A stretch of 64,000 nt of DNA from Candidatus Omnitrophota bacterium (GTDB taxonomy: Bacteria; Omnitrophota; Gorgyraeia; JABMRG01; JAFGKX01), in NCBI GenBank assembly GCA_043797125.1, contig JAZDPX010000022.1, forward strand, positions 1,065 to 65,064, written 5' to 3'. Each line of letters opens with the position of its first letter. Position 1 is the first letter of the stretch. The notes beneath the pieces are model-generated. The model saw only the letters and a list, made by a program, of their open reading frames with translations. It was not told the DNA's origin and searched no databases. The position numbers were made by a program, and so were the translations under genes. Positions 19,401-28,382 of the stretch are shown here, piece after piece.

Positions 19401-19929
19401 CTAGATAAAAGTTGCCTTTTCCGAATATATCGCTATATTGGCCTGCTGCCTTATATGCGTCCTGCAGCTGGTCGCAGAGTATCAAATGCGATAACTCTCC
19501 TTTTAAACAGGCGCTCAAGCAGATTAATCCTTCTGAATGCTGGCTTAAAATCTCTTTATCTATCCTGGGTTTATAATAAAATCCCTCTAAATAGGCTGCG
19601 CTGACTAACTTCATCAGGTTATGGTAGCCTTTTTCATTTTTCGCAAGAAGTATCAAATGATAAGCTGTCTCGGAAATGCCGTGAGAGGCTTTTTCAAATC
19701 TGCTTACAGGGGCAAGGTAGCATTCGCATCCTATTATCGGCTTTATCTGGGCCTGCCTACAGCGCATATAAAATTCTATCGCGCCGAACATATTGCCATG
19801 GTCTGTAATAACAAGCGACGGCATATTATACGCCTGCGCAAGTTTTACAAGCTCCTCTAAAAGGCATGCCCCGTCAAGCAGGCTGTATTGAGTATGGCCG
19901 TGTAAATGGATAAAATTTGAGGATTTCAT
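16486..19929 (-). CDS. dnaE: DNA polymerase III alpha subunit
   Basis: PHP domain start FIHLHGHTQYSLLDGA; 1147 aa; polymerase core and OB-fold regions. Confidence 0.93.
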   Translation of the reverse strand: MKSSNFIHLHGHTQYSLLDGACLLEELVKLAQAYNMPSLVITDHGNMFGAIEFYMRCRQAQIKPIIGCECYLAPVSRFEKASHGISETAYHLILLAKNEKGYHNLMKLVSAAYLEGFYYKPRIDKEILSQHSEGLICLSACLKGELSHLILCDQLQDAYKAAGQYSDIFGKGNFYLELMDHGLAEQLKANKALIQMSKDLDIPLVATNDYHYLQKNHAYAHEALLCIQTQTTLDDPNRMRFKTDEFYFKTAEEMSNLFKDVPQAISNTLEIADKCNLELKLNKLHLPVFTPPENKTQEQFLRELTDAGAKKRYPDADKAVTDRLDYELKVIEQSNFVSYFLIVWDLIRYAKENNIPVGPGRGSAAGSAVSFCLGITALDPLKHNLLFERFLNPDRITMPDIDIDFCYERRDEVINYVISKYGKENVAQIITFGTMLAKAVIRDVARVMGFSYAESDKIAKLVPNDLNIKLSAALEQEPELMDMYKSDKRVTRLIDTAFVLEGVTRHASTHAAGVVISQKPLVNYLPLFKTNDDQITTGYPMGSLEQIGLLKMDFLGLRTLTVISEAVKIIKRTKAIDLDIEKILMDDKKTYEFLSDAKSIGVFQLESRGMRDLLKKLKPTVFEDIVALLALYRPGPIGSGMVDDFMKRKHGHTRVKYDHSLLEDILKPTYGIILYQEQVMQIVNKLAGFSLSQADTLRRAISKKTPEVIQKQRKLFIEGCVKNSVTANVADKIFNLIEYFSGYGFNRSHSAAYAMISYRTAYLKANFPIEFMAALLTSERDNTDKVVLYIDEAKSLGIEILPPDINESFAHFTVTANSIRFGLTAVKNVGELAVNSIVAARKERGKFKTLYDFCEHVDLRLANRKVIESLIKCGAFDNFKLHRSQMVAMIDHALEVADVLQKDRDSGQLSFFDAFESGETFKNEFQQVPDVKEWPQNQLLAFEKELLGFYITGHPLAKHEKALKMFTAHNTANLSELTDGQSISIGGIITKAKFTFTKRTNEKMAILIMEDLKGTIEVLVFPRSYKLSGKYVVEDSIVFIKGVLNLREDTPKIIADEILPLDEARKKYVQALSIKLYTTGLEKHTLQELSNILKKHKGNVPVYLNFTTQDKRQLQLSTGRNITVLPSDELIEEIEGLIGAGRVKMWL

Positions 19930-20021
19930 TATTATTGTTTTTGGGGAGTATTTATATAATACGGAGTATAATATTACAACTAATGGATAAAAATGTCAAG
20001 TGAATGCTATGTCACGGGAAT

Positions 20022-20642
20022 CTAGACGCCTAATCGCGGTCCCAATGAAGCGCTTCTACAGCGCAGCATAACGAGGAAGCGACGAGTCATATTATCAATA
20101 TTGTTAGTTAGGTCTTCTAATATTATCTGCCCGGCCAAATGATGGAAAAAAGCAGGCTGCGGATTAGGCCACATCCAATACTGAAAATAAAATTGGCCGG
20201 CTTGAGCTGCATTTGTGTCGACTTTGTCTGTTATAAGACGTTGGCTTTCATGCGCGTTATTGCCTGCTCCGCAAGTTTCAACACGCCATAATTCGTTTGC
20301 ATTAAGAAAATAACGAACAGCATGCATTGTTCTAATATTAGGATCTGCGTTTGCATCAAAAGCAGCTTCATTTATCCAAAAAGTAACTGATTGTATGGAT
20401 GGTACGCCTACACTGGGTAAATCAACCTCATCGGCCCTATTTGCGTCTTTCACAATATAAGAAACGACCAAATTCATCTCATCCATCAATGCTATCTGCG
20501 CTCTTTCCGCGTCAGTAAGCCGGAATAAACCTAACATAGGAAATAACCCTAAGCCAAAGATTAAACCGGCTAATATGACAACGACCAACAGCTCGATAAG
20601 GGTCATGCCTTTTTCTTTAAGCAACATTTCCCTAAAAAACAT
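20022..20642 (-). CDS. prepilin-type N-terminal cleavage/methylation domain protein (minor pilin/pseudopilin)
   Basis: Leader KEKG followed by MTLIELLVVVILAGLIF, the class III signal. Confidence 0.75.
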   Translation of the reverse strand: MFFREMLLKEKGMTLIELLVVVILAGLIFGLGLFPMLGLFRLTDAERAQIALMDEMNLVVSYIVKDANRADEVDLPSVGVPSIQSVTFWINEAAFDANADPNIRTMHAVRYFLNANELWRVETCGAGNNAHESQRLITDKVDTNAAQAGQFYFQYWMWPNPQPAFFHHLAGQIILEDLTNNIDNMTRRFLVMLRCRSASLGPRLGV

Positions 20643-20643
20643 A

Positions 20644-21102
20644 TTATGGCTCTCTTTCGCGCCACCTGGCTGTTACAGTTATTCTTCTAAAACTAAATTC
20701 CGGGTTATCCGTACCATTTGCGCTGTAGTTTCCATTGCGCACCTCGCCCCTGACGCTCAAACTGGTTGCAGCTACTTCCTGCCTTAATGCATCCCAAACG
20801 AAATTTGCCCAATCTACTAGCCATTGAGGATCAATAATGCCTGGATTGGGATCATCATTGATCAGAAATAAATCCCAATTTCCTTCATTTGCAGGATACG
20901 CCTGTCTTGCGCGCTCAAATTCAAGCTGGCTATGCGCTGCCATTGCTGCCATAACCTCGTGCCTGTATGTCCATGAAAGTTTTACAGCGCTTGAGAAGGT
21001 TGCAAAAACACCTGCTACTGCAATTGCCAGAACTGTCGCTGCGACTATCAGCTCGACCAGCGTGAACCCCGTTAGAAATTGTTTGCTTTTTTTTCCGCGC
21101 AT
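20644..21102 (-). CDS. prepilin-type minor pilin (PilV/GspI-like)
   Basis: Leader ...TG followed by FTLVELIVAATVLAIAV. Confidence 0.75.
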   Translation of the reverse strand: MRGKKSKQFLTGFTLVELIVAATVLAIAVAGVFATFSSAVKLSWTYRHEVMAAMAAHSQLEFERARQAYPANEGNWDLFLINDDPNPGIIDPQWLVDWANFVWDALRQEVAATSLSVRGEVRNGNYSANGTDNPEFSFRRITVTARWREREP

Positions 21103-21104
21103 AT

Positions 21105-21500
21105 TTATACCCTTACATCGTCATAATCTACCGTAGCTGTAACTCTATACGGCACTGGATTCCCGCCTGCATTTGGGGTAAAACTGACACGAACAGTAAT
21201 ACGCGATTCGTCAAAACCCGTATTAGGGTCATCGGGAAAAGCTGTACCAATTCTTACTTCCCTAAAGCCTAAAATCGGGTCATTCCATGTTGCCGGCGTA
21301 AATAGCCCTGCCCTTATTCTGTTAAAGGATTCGTAAATAGCTGCTTCAGCGTAATAAACAGCCTGCGCGCGCTTCAGCTGATTTATGGTAAGGCCGCTTC
21401 TTCCCCCTATCATCAGTAAAAACGCTATAGTTGCAAAACACAAAACCATTATAAGTAAAAGGGCTATTGCAATAGAGCCTCTTTTTTCAAAATACGCCAT
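21105..21500 (-). CDS. PilX-like minor pilin / pilus assembly protein (N-terminal domain)
   Basis: EKRGSIAIALLLIMVLCFATIAFLL...NQLKRAQAVYYAEAAI resembles the PilX N-terminal domain; tight operon with the two pilins. Confidence 0.5.
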   Translation of the reverse strand: MAYFEKRGSIAIALLLIMVLCFATIAFLLMIGGRSGLTINQLKRAQAVYYAEAAIYESFNRIRAGLFTPATWNDPILGFREVRIGTAFPDDPNTGFDESRITVRVSFTPNAGGNPVPYRVTATVDYDDVRV

Positions 21501-21566
21501 TTTCTCCTCTTGTGTTGTCGTTAGGAAAAATTATAACACATAATAACAGCGGTGTCTATATTTTCC

Positions 21567-21595
21567 TTGACATTATCGACGCTCGACTATAATAT
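21567..21595 (+). promoter_or_regulatory. sigma-70-like promoter (TTGACA, 15-17 bp spacer, TATAAT/TAATAT) immediately upstream of the GGDEF gene
   Basis: ttgacattatcgacgctcgactataatat ends about 8 nt before the ATG at 21604, which implies a leaderless or very short-leader mRNA. Confidence 0.4.
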
Positions 21596-21603
21596 ACCAC
21601 TCT

Positions 21604-22773
21604 ATGGAAAACTCTAAGCTTAAAAAGGAACTTGGCCGCATAAAAACAGAGCTGTGGCTGCTTTATGAAATAAGCAATGCCATGCGCACCACGTTAAAAC
21701 TTCCCGAAATTCTGTACATCATACTTACCGCCGTAACATCCAAAGAGGGCCTGGGATTTAACCGCGCGATGCTGTTTTTAACAAGCGAAAAAAGCAAAAC
21801 CCTTGAAGGCGTAATGGCTATCGGGCCCATTGATGATGCGGATGCAAAACGTATATGGAGCTATATAGAGAAGGAAGGTCTGCACCTGGCTAAGTTAATA
21901 GATATATATCATAACATTGAAAAATATATAAAAGACGCCCCCTTAAATAACATCGTAAAAGACATACGCATCCCTTTAAATGAAGGCGGGGGTATTCTGG
22001 CTACAACCGCTCTGGAGGGCATGAATTTTAAAATAACAAGCAAAAAAGCCAGGGAAAATGCAAATGACCCTATACTTGAAAAATTGCATTCCTTTCCCTG
22101 CGTGTGCGTTCCCCTTAAAGGACAGCACAGGGTTGTCGGCACGCTCCTGGTTGATAACATGATAACAAAAAAAACAATTACAAATGATGACATTCACATC
22201 TTAAGCATGATTGCGGATCAGGCGGCGTTGGCTATTGAAAACTCCATACTTTATGAGGAGGCAAGGCTTCAGGCAAACATAGACAGCCTTACCAAGGTCT
22301 GGAATCACGGCTATTTCCAATACCTGCTAAAGAAAACCCTTGAAGAAAAAGCTCAAGCGAAAAAGCCGGTATCATTAGCAATGATGGACCTGGATAATTT
22401 CAAGGCATACAATGATGAATTAGGCCATCAGAATGGGGATGAGTTTTTAAAAACTGTCGCCTATCTTTTCAGGGGACATCTTCGTAAACAGGATTCTTTG
22501 TGCCGTTACGGCGGCGAGGAATTTGCGATAATAATGCCTGATATCGCTAAACAAGAGGCGTTCTATATAATTGAAAGGCTGCGGAAACTCGTCGAAGGAT
22601 TGTCCAAAAAAATGCAGACCAAACATAAAAAAACCTATCCTCTAGTCAGTATTTCTTCCGGCATAGCGTCGTACCCGGACGACGGAAAAACCAAAACGCA
22701 GCTTATCACAAAAGCGGATAAGGCGCTATATGATGCTAAACATAGGGGGAAAAATAAAACCTGCTTAGCATAA
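21604..22773 (+). CDS. GAF-domain diguanylate cyclase (GGDEF)
   Basis: N-terminal GAF; C-terminal GGDEF domain with active-site RYGGEEFAI and DLDNFKAYND. Confidence 0.88.
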   Translation: MENSKLKKELGRIKTELWLLYEISNAMRTTLKLPEILYIILTAVTSKEGLGFNRAMLFLTSEKSKTLEGVMAIGPIDDADAKRIWSYIEKEGLHLAKLIDIYHNIEKYIKDAPLNNIVKDIRIPLNEGGGILATTALEGMNFKITSKKARENANDPILEKLHSFPCVCVPLKGQHRVVGTLLVDNMITKKTITNDDIHILSMIADQAALAIENSILYEEARLQANIDSLTKVWNHGYFQYLLKKTLEEKAQAKKPVSLAMMDLDNFKAYNDELGHQNGDEFLKTVAYLFRGHLRKQDSLCRYGGEEFAIIMPDIAKQEAFYIIERLRKLVEGLSKKMQTKHKKTYPLVSISSGIASYPDDGKTKTQLITKADKALYDAKHRGKNKTCLA

Positions 22774-22774
22774 T

Positions 22775-22893
22775 AAATCCGAAATACTAAATCCGAAATA
22801 CGAAACAAATTCGAAATTATAAATTCTAAACATCGGTTTTCAACATTAAAATTTTGAAAATTAGAATTTGTTTCGAATTTCGATATTCGGATT
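22775..22893. terminator. ~120-bp near-perfect inverted repeat between the convergent GGDEF gene and smc (probable bidirectional terminator)
   Basis: aaatccgaaatactaaatccgaaatacgaaacaaattcgaaatt ... aatttgtttcgaatttcgatattcggatttcggattt. Confidence 0.5.
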
Positions 22894-22902
22894 TCGGATT
22901 TA

Positions 22903-25900
22903 TTAATCTACAGCTGCTGGTTCTTTCTGATTTTCTTCTGCGGGGGGCTCTGCTTTGCTTTTCTCTTCAACTGGCTGTTGCTGCACCTGGGCATCTGCGG
23001 CCCTCTCTTTTTTTTCAATCTCTTCCTGAGCAAACTTAACAGAGACAATCTTGGATATGCCGCTTTTTTCCATTGTGATGCCGTACATAACATCAGCTAT
23101 ACTTATGGTCCTTTTATTGTGGGTTATAATAATAAACTGCGTACTCTGAACAAACTCCCCTAATATCCTATTAAAGCGGTCTATGTTTGCTTCATCAAGA
23201 GGCGCGTCCATTTCATCTAAAACACAGAAAGGTGTCGGTTTTACTTTAAAAAGGGCAAAAAGCAAGGCAACCGAAGTCAGGGCCTTTTCTCCTCCGGAAA
23301 GAAGCGATATGCTTTGCAGCTTTTTTCCCGGGGGACGGACCATTATCTCAATGCCGCTTTCCAATATATCCACCTGGTCTATTAAATATATATCGGCAAC
23401 GCCTCCGCCAAAAAGCAGCCTGAAATATTCCCTGAAATAAACCCGTATCTTGTCAAAGGTCTCGATAAATAACGCGCGCGTGGTGCGGTTTATCCTGTTT
23501 ATTGCCTTGTGCAGGGATTCTTTGGCATTTATTAAATCCTGCTGCTGGGATGTTAGGAAATCATATCTCTCCTGCAATTCTTTATGTTCTTCAATAGCAA
23601 CCAGGTTAACAGGCCCCATCTTATCTATCCTGTCAGTAAAATCATGGATCTCGGCCTCTATTTGCTGCCAGTTTTCATTATTGTCAAATGTTATAACTTG
23701 CTGATCAAGGTCTGCCTTGTAAACCTGTTGAATCCTTGACCTTATGCTGTCGGCCTCGTAACTTAATTCGGTAATATTTATCTGCAGCCTGGATATATTA
23801 TCTTTAAGCTCATCCATTTCCTGCTGGCGTTTCAGAGCTTCACGCTCCTGCTTTTCTATTTGCGCTGCCATCGAATCGCGCTTTAGGCCAAGGTCGGATA
23901 TCTTATTGCCGATCTGCTGTTTTTGCTCTTCTAAAATATCGTTTTCCTGCATCATCCTCTGCGACTCGCTCTTAAGAAACTCTACTCTTTCATCGCCTTC
24001 GGCTATCTGCTGAATTCTGCTGTTTAGATTTACCTGTTCTTTGGCTTGCGTGTCCTTAAGCATGTTCAGGGTGTCTTCCTGCGAGCTGTATTTTTCCGAA
24101 AGCAGGGATAATTCGGTTTTTATCTGGGCAAGACCGATGAGCAGGGCCTCTTTTTCAGACGCGCTTAACTCGATGATCTTTTGTTTTTCCGCAATAAGTT
24201 CCTGCAGGCCTTGATACGCGGACTCAACACTGCATAGCTTTTCATTAAAAAGCTGATTCTGTCTTTTTAAAGACTCCTGCTCCTGCGAAAGCTCTCCTAA
24301 CTCCAATTCAACAAGATTAAATTCCTCTTCTAATTTTTCAAGTTCCGAACGTTCTCTGGTTTTATCGTTTTCCCGCAAAGCAAAAGCCTTTTCTTCGTTT
24401 CTTAAAACATCTTCCTTGGCCTGGACATCTTTTCTGCAGGAATCTACCTGCGCAAGCAAATCGATTTTTTCATTTTTAAGTATTTCAATTTTTCTCTTTA
24501 GCTCCTCTATCTCACCGGGGAGCTGTTCTACTCTAAATCTTCTTCCCACAAGACCCGTATATTCTCCCGGGCCAATGCCGCCTCCTGTAATTTTATTATA
24601 GGTTACGCAGCTTGCGTCTTTTGTAACTACTTTGATATTTTTATTACCCCTGGCCATGGAAATGGCCTGGTCTATTGAATCAGCTAAAAATATACCTTCG
24701 AATAAACACCAAACAAGCGCCTGATTAGTGCCTGAGGCCTCGATAAAATCGCTTAAATTTTGCGCCTGATGAACGTTAAGGGCTTCACTGCGCTGTATGC
24801 ATTTATCAAGAATAATAAATGAGGCAATGCCCTTGTGGTTATTTTTCAGGTAATCTAGAGCTCTTTTTGCCGCAGCTTCATTTTTAACAACAATAGACTG
24901 CAATTCATTACCAAGACAAGCCTCTAGCGCCCTTTCATATCCAGGCCTTACCTTAATAATATCTGTCAGCACGCCTACAAAATCGCGCCTTTCCTCGTCG
25001 GATGCCTCGATCATTTTAAGATAGGCCTTTGCCCCGTCGCTTAAGCCTTCGTTTGACTCTGTCAAACTCTTTAGCACATCCAGTTTTGAAACAGAGCTGG
25101 ATAAATCCTTTTCCAGGGAAATAATAGAAGCATCTAACTCAGGAAGCCTTCCTGTAAGAGAATCTAAAGCCATGCGGCCTTGTTCCAATTGCCTGCTGCA
25201 GTCATTTACTTTATCAAGTTCATTCTGCAAGGCTGACTCAAATACCTTAAACTTTTCAGTGCGGGTTGTAATGTCTGTATTTGCGGATTCTTTTTCAGCC
25301 GCGAGCCTCCTGTGCCTGTGGCTTAATGCCGATATATCAGCCGCGGCCTTTGCTATCGAATTCTTGAGCCTTGACTGCTCGGATAAATTATCCATCATAT
25401 CCAGCTTTGCTTTTGATATAATGGCCTCGCATTCTTTTATATTAGAAGAAAGCTCCGAAAGCGTGCTTTCTCCTTGCTGAACGCTTATTTGCTTATTTTC
25501 TTTATTTGACTGCAGCTGATCAAAAGTAACCTGCAGCTGCTCTATCTGTTTTCTTAAGTACTCTATTTTTGCCTGTGCCTGTTTTATTTCCGTGTTCAGG
25601 TATTCCCGACGGGATACAATCTCGTTTATCCTGCCGTTATTAAGGGCGATGTTTGAGGAATTTTTTTCAATTGTGCTTGTTGTGGACATCAGGTGAGTCT
25701 TGGCATCAAGCACTTCCTGTTCCAAAAAGTTAAGTTCCTGCCTCCTGGTGTGAAAATCCATGGTGTGCGCATTGAGTTCTAAAGAGAAAGAGCCTTCTTT
25801 TGATTTAAGCAGCTGGAATTCTCTGTCTTTTTCTTGCTTATTAGCTTTTATGTTTTTGTATTTATAAAAAGAATGCTTAAGGTCTAATTCTTTCAGGTGT

Positions 25901-26559
25901 TCAAATTCCAGTTTATACTTTTCTGCTTTCTTTGCCTGTCTCTCTATTGAATTTATCTGCCTTTTTACTTCGCTTATAATATCGGAAAGTCTGGCAAGGT
26001 TATTCTCGGTATGCTCGAGTTTTCTTAAAGCTTCTTTTTTCCTGTTTTTATATTTTGTTATGCCGCTGGCCTCCTCAAATATTTCCCTTCTATCTTCAGG
26101 CCTGGCGCTAAGCACCCTATCCATCTTGCCCTGCTCCGCTATGGAATAAGAGCTTGTGCCGATGCCTGTGCCTGCGAGCAGGTCATTGATATCTTTTAAT
26201 CTTACCTGGGTCTTGTTAAGGAGGTATTCGCTTTCGCCTGAGCGAAATACTCTGCGGGTTATTGTAACTTCGTCGTACTCAATTGGAAGGGACCTGTCTT
26301 CATTGGAAAGGGTTAAGGATACTTCCGCGATATTGACTGCTTGGGTAGTGTCTGTGCCGTTAAAGATGACATCTTCCATCTTTCCGCCGCGCAGCTCCTT
26401 GGCAGACTGCTCCCCAAGCACCCACTTGATGGAATCGCTGATATTACTTTTCCCGCAACCGTTCGGACCGACAATAGCTGTAACTCCTGGCTCGAATTCG
26501 AGTTTGGTGCGGTCTGCAAAAGACTTAAATCCGAATAATTCTAATTTTTTAAAATACAT
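22903..26559 (-). CDS. smc: chromosome segregation protein SMC
   Basis: Walker A FEPGVTAIVGPNGCGKSN, long coiled coils, hinge, C-terminal LSGGEKALTSVALLFAL and DEMDAPLD; 1218 aa. Confidence 0.93.
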   Translation of the reverse strand: MYFKKLELFGFKSFADRTKLEFEPGVTAIVGPNGCGKSNISDSIKWVLGEQSAKELRGGKMEDVIFNGTDTTQAVNIAEVSLTLSNEDRSLPIEYDEVTITRRVFRSGESEYLLNKTQVRLKDINDLLAGTGIGTSSYSIAEQGKMDRVLSARPEDRREIFEEASGITKYKNRKKEALRKLEHTENNLARLSDIISEVKRQINSIERQAKKAEKYKLEFEHLKELDLKHSFYKYKNIKANKQEKDREFQLLKSKEGSFSLELNAHTMDFHTRRQELNFLEQEVLDAKTHLMSTTSTIEKNSSNIALNNGRINEIVSRREYLNTEIKQAQAKIEYLRKQIEQLQVTFDQLQSNKENKQISVQQGESTLSELSSNIKECEAIISKAKLDMMDNLSEQSRLKNSIAKAAADISALSHRHRRLAAEKESANTDITTRTEKFKVFESALQNELDKVNDCSRQLEQGRMALDSLTGRLPELDASIISLEKDLSSSVSKLDVLKSLTESNEGLSDGAKAYLKMIEASDEERRDFVGVLTDIIKVRPGYERALEACLGNELQSIVVKNEAAAKRALDYLKNNHKGIASFIILDKCIQRSEALNVHQAQNLSDFIEASGTNQALVWCLFEGIFLADSIDQAISMARGNKNIKVVTKDASCVTYNKITGGGIGPGEYTGLVGRRFRVEQLPGEIEELKRKIEILKNEKIDLLAQVDSCRKDVQAKEDVLRNEEKAFALRENDKTRERSELEKLEEEFNLVELELGELSQEQESLKRQNQLFNEKLCSVESAYQGLQELIAEKQKIIELSASEKEALLIGLAQIKTELSLLSEKYSSQEDTLNMLKDTQAKEQVNLNSRIQQIAEGDERVEFLKSESQRMMQENDILEEQKQQIGNKISDLGLKRDSMAAQIEKQEREALKRQQEMDELKDNISRLQINITELSYEADSIRSRIQQVYKADLDQQVITFDNNENWQQIEAEIHDFTDRIDKMGPVNLVAIEEHKELQERYDFLTSQQQDLINAKESLHKAINRINRTTRALFIETFDKIRVYFREYFRLLFGGGVADIYLIDQVDILESGIEIMVRPPGKKLQSISLLSGGEKALTSVALLFALFKVKPTPFCVLDEMDAPLDEANIDRFNRILGEFVQSTQFIIITHNKRTISIADVMYGITMEKSGISKIVSVKFAQEEIEKKERAADAQVQQQPVEEKSKAEPPAEENQKEPAAVD

Positions 26560-26638
26560 TTATAATAGCAACTTAAGGTTATGGGGACGGTTCTCGCCCA
26601 AGATTAAGAAGTGTCCCCTTCTTCCATTTTTCACTGCT

Positions 26639-26688
26639 GGGGACATTTCTCACGCTTGGGTGAGAAATGTCCCCTATCTTTTTATTAT
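26639..26688 (+). terminator. perfect 15-bp-stem palindrome followed by a T-tract (intrinsic-terminator-like, plus strand)
   Basis: ggggacatttctcac gcttgg gtgagaaatgtcccc tatctttttatt; an imperfect copy of the same arms lies at 26583-26618. Confidence 0.4.
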
Positions 26689-26793
26689 AATATCAGAATA
26701 ATACAGGAGTGTCAAGGGGGGAAATGTAACCAAGTCACAAGTCACCAGTCACAAGTCACCAGTAAAAGATGGGGCTTTTGCAATGCGAGGTGC

Positions 26794-27106
26794 ATCAGAA
26801 AATTTTTGCATAAGCCTTGGGCATTGCCGAAAAAACAATAGCGGAAGATTTGGCTTGCTTGTTTTGGTTGTAGGCAAAACATAGGCCGGCCTGCCTACCG
26901 TCAGGCAGGCAGGCCGGGGACACCGAAACTGAACCCTTGGATAGTAGGGCAGGCTAAAGCCTGCCCTACTATCTGTAGATGAATTTCGGAGGGGCCCCGG
27001 CCGAACGACTATAGTTTTGCCCAAATCTGAAGCGTGTTTTTGAGGCAATGCCCAAGGCTTATATTAGTGATTTGAGTTTTTTGGTGAGTGCCGGAAGGAC
27101 TTCGAA
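26794..27106. repeat. left copy of a ~300-bp direct repeat flanking the island; contains MITE-family-B element (TIRs at 26812-26837 and 27035-27060) plus 45 bp identical to the etfA 3' end
   Basis: Near-identical to 33114-33407 apart from a 31-bp palindrome insertion (26885-26918); internal perfect hairpin gatagtagggcaggc-taaa-gcctgccctactatc. Confidence 0.85.
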
Positions 27107-27786
27107 GCGGTCAAAATGTTCAGAACTTCTCTCTCTTTTGCTTCCTCAAGACCTTTTACAGCTTTCTTCTGCCACTTTGGGAGCATTGAATTAAAGGCAT
27201 ACTTAATAATTGCAGCTTCGCCTTTATTAATCAACGCCTTAAGAATTTCCACGGCGGCATTTTTATCCTTTAGTGTCTTTTCTGCTCTAGTACGTCTTTG
27301 AAAAATTATTAATTTATGCAGGGCGAAATTAGCGGGATGAGGAAGATTAACTTCAATGCCTTCAATTTTAACTTTTATAGTATCCTGTATTAGCAAGTCT
27401 AGAAACCTTAAAGCTTGGGCATTAAGACTAAACTGGGGCAATTGATAAGGCCTATCTAAACCGCGGCCTTTTTCGGGAACTAAGAATTCCACTATAAGAT
27501 CCGCATGCTCAAGCTGAATGTATCCCTCCGCTCCCTTGAAACCAACAATAAATCCTAGATCTTTTAGTAGTGTCGGAATATCTGCTTTCATTTTAGTTTT
27601 TGAAGGCGTTGGAACCAAAAAGTCAACATCGCGCGTTTTGATAATAGTCGGATATTCTATGCTTCCAAAATAATCCTTGTAAAAAGGTATGCACCAACTA
27701 CCGATCAAAATAATATCCTTCAAAACCCCTGCCTGACTTAATCGCCGAAGAACTTCTAGGCACAAATTATACTGATTCTTTTCCAC
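27064..27786 (-). CDS. nucleotidyltransferase-fold protein (minimal NTase-like, GS...DVD motif); last 14 codons are encoded by the flanking repeat
   Basis: ILIGSWCIPFYKDYFGSIEYPTIIKTRDVDFLV resembles the hG[GS]...DhD NTase motif; overlaps the upstream small gene by 20 nt. Confidence 0.35.
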   Translation of the reverse strand: MEKNQYNLCLEVLRRLSQAGVLKDIILIGSWCIPFYKDYFGSIEYPTIIKTRDVDFLVPTPSKTKMKADIPTLLKDLGFIVGFKGAEGYIQLEHADLIVEFLVPEKGRGLDRPYQLPQFSLNAQALRFLDLLIQDTIKVKIEGIEVNLPHPANFALHKLIIFQRRTRAEKTLKDKNAAVEILKALINKGEAAIIKYAFNSMLPKWQKKAVKGLEEAKEREVLNILTASKSFRHSPKNSNH

Positions 27787-28084
27787 GCAAGGTACTCCTT
27801 AAAAACCTTATTTGTTTCTTAATTTGAGATAATAATTTCCGGTATTTAGCCCTGTATTCCTTTACTTCTTTATACCTTTTTATTTCAGCATCGGGCACCT
27901 TCCCTTTATAAATGAATTTTACTTTTCCTTTCTCCCGCAGCAAAAGATAATAATATTCGTGGCCTTTAACTTTCTTCTTAATAAGGCTGCCTTTTGGCAA
28001 TTTAGCCAATTCTCGTTCATAGCCGGCTTTCATACGCAAAGAATTTTCAAGTTCTTCCTTAAGTACTCCTTTTATTACTCCCAT
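27767..28084 (-). CDS. hypothetical small K/E/Y-rich protein, operonic with the NTase-fold gene
   Basis: 105 aa; no recognisable motif; 20-nt overlap with the downstream gene. Confidence 0.3.
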   Translation of the reverse strand: MGVIKGVLKEELENSLRMKAGYERELAKLPKGSLIKKKVKGHEYYYLLLREKGKVKFIYKGKVPDAEIKRYKEVKEYRAKYRKLLSQIKKQIRFLRSTLRGKESV

Positions 28085-28382
28085 ATTGGGTTCTCCTTAA
28101 ACTGGTTGGTTATCATACAAACTACATAGTAGTATATATTGTATGGTAACAGATGTCAAATAAAAAGTTACCATACCATTAATAGTATTCTTGATTTTGT
28201 ATGGTAACTGAGGCAGAGACGTTTTCTATTTTGTTCGGGAAGCTGTTTCCCGAACAAGTTTGGAACACTTTCCCGAATGATTCCGAAAGCGTCTTGTTGA
28301 GATGTGGAATTAGACGTTTCTTAAAAAACGCTGAATATCGTTATGGCTGCCGGCAAGAACAAATTCAACTAAATCGCCTTCC

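Noticed and set aside
26749-27048. 99-aa ORF MPQKHASDLGK..., duplicated at 33098-33349
   Set aside because: Both copies are encoded entirely within the family-B MITE/direct repeat and diverge exactly where the repeat copies differ; this is a repeat artefact, not a gene.
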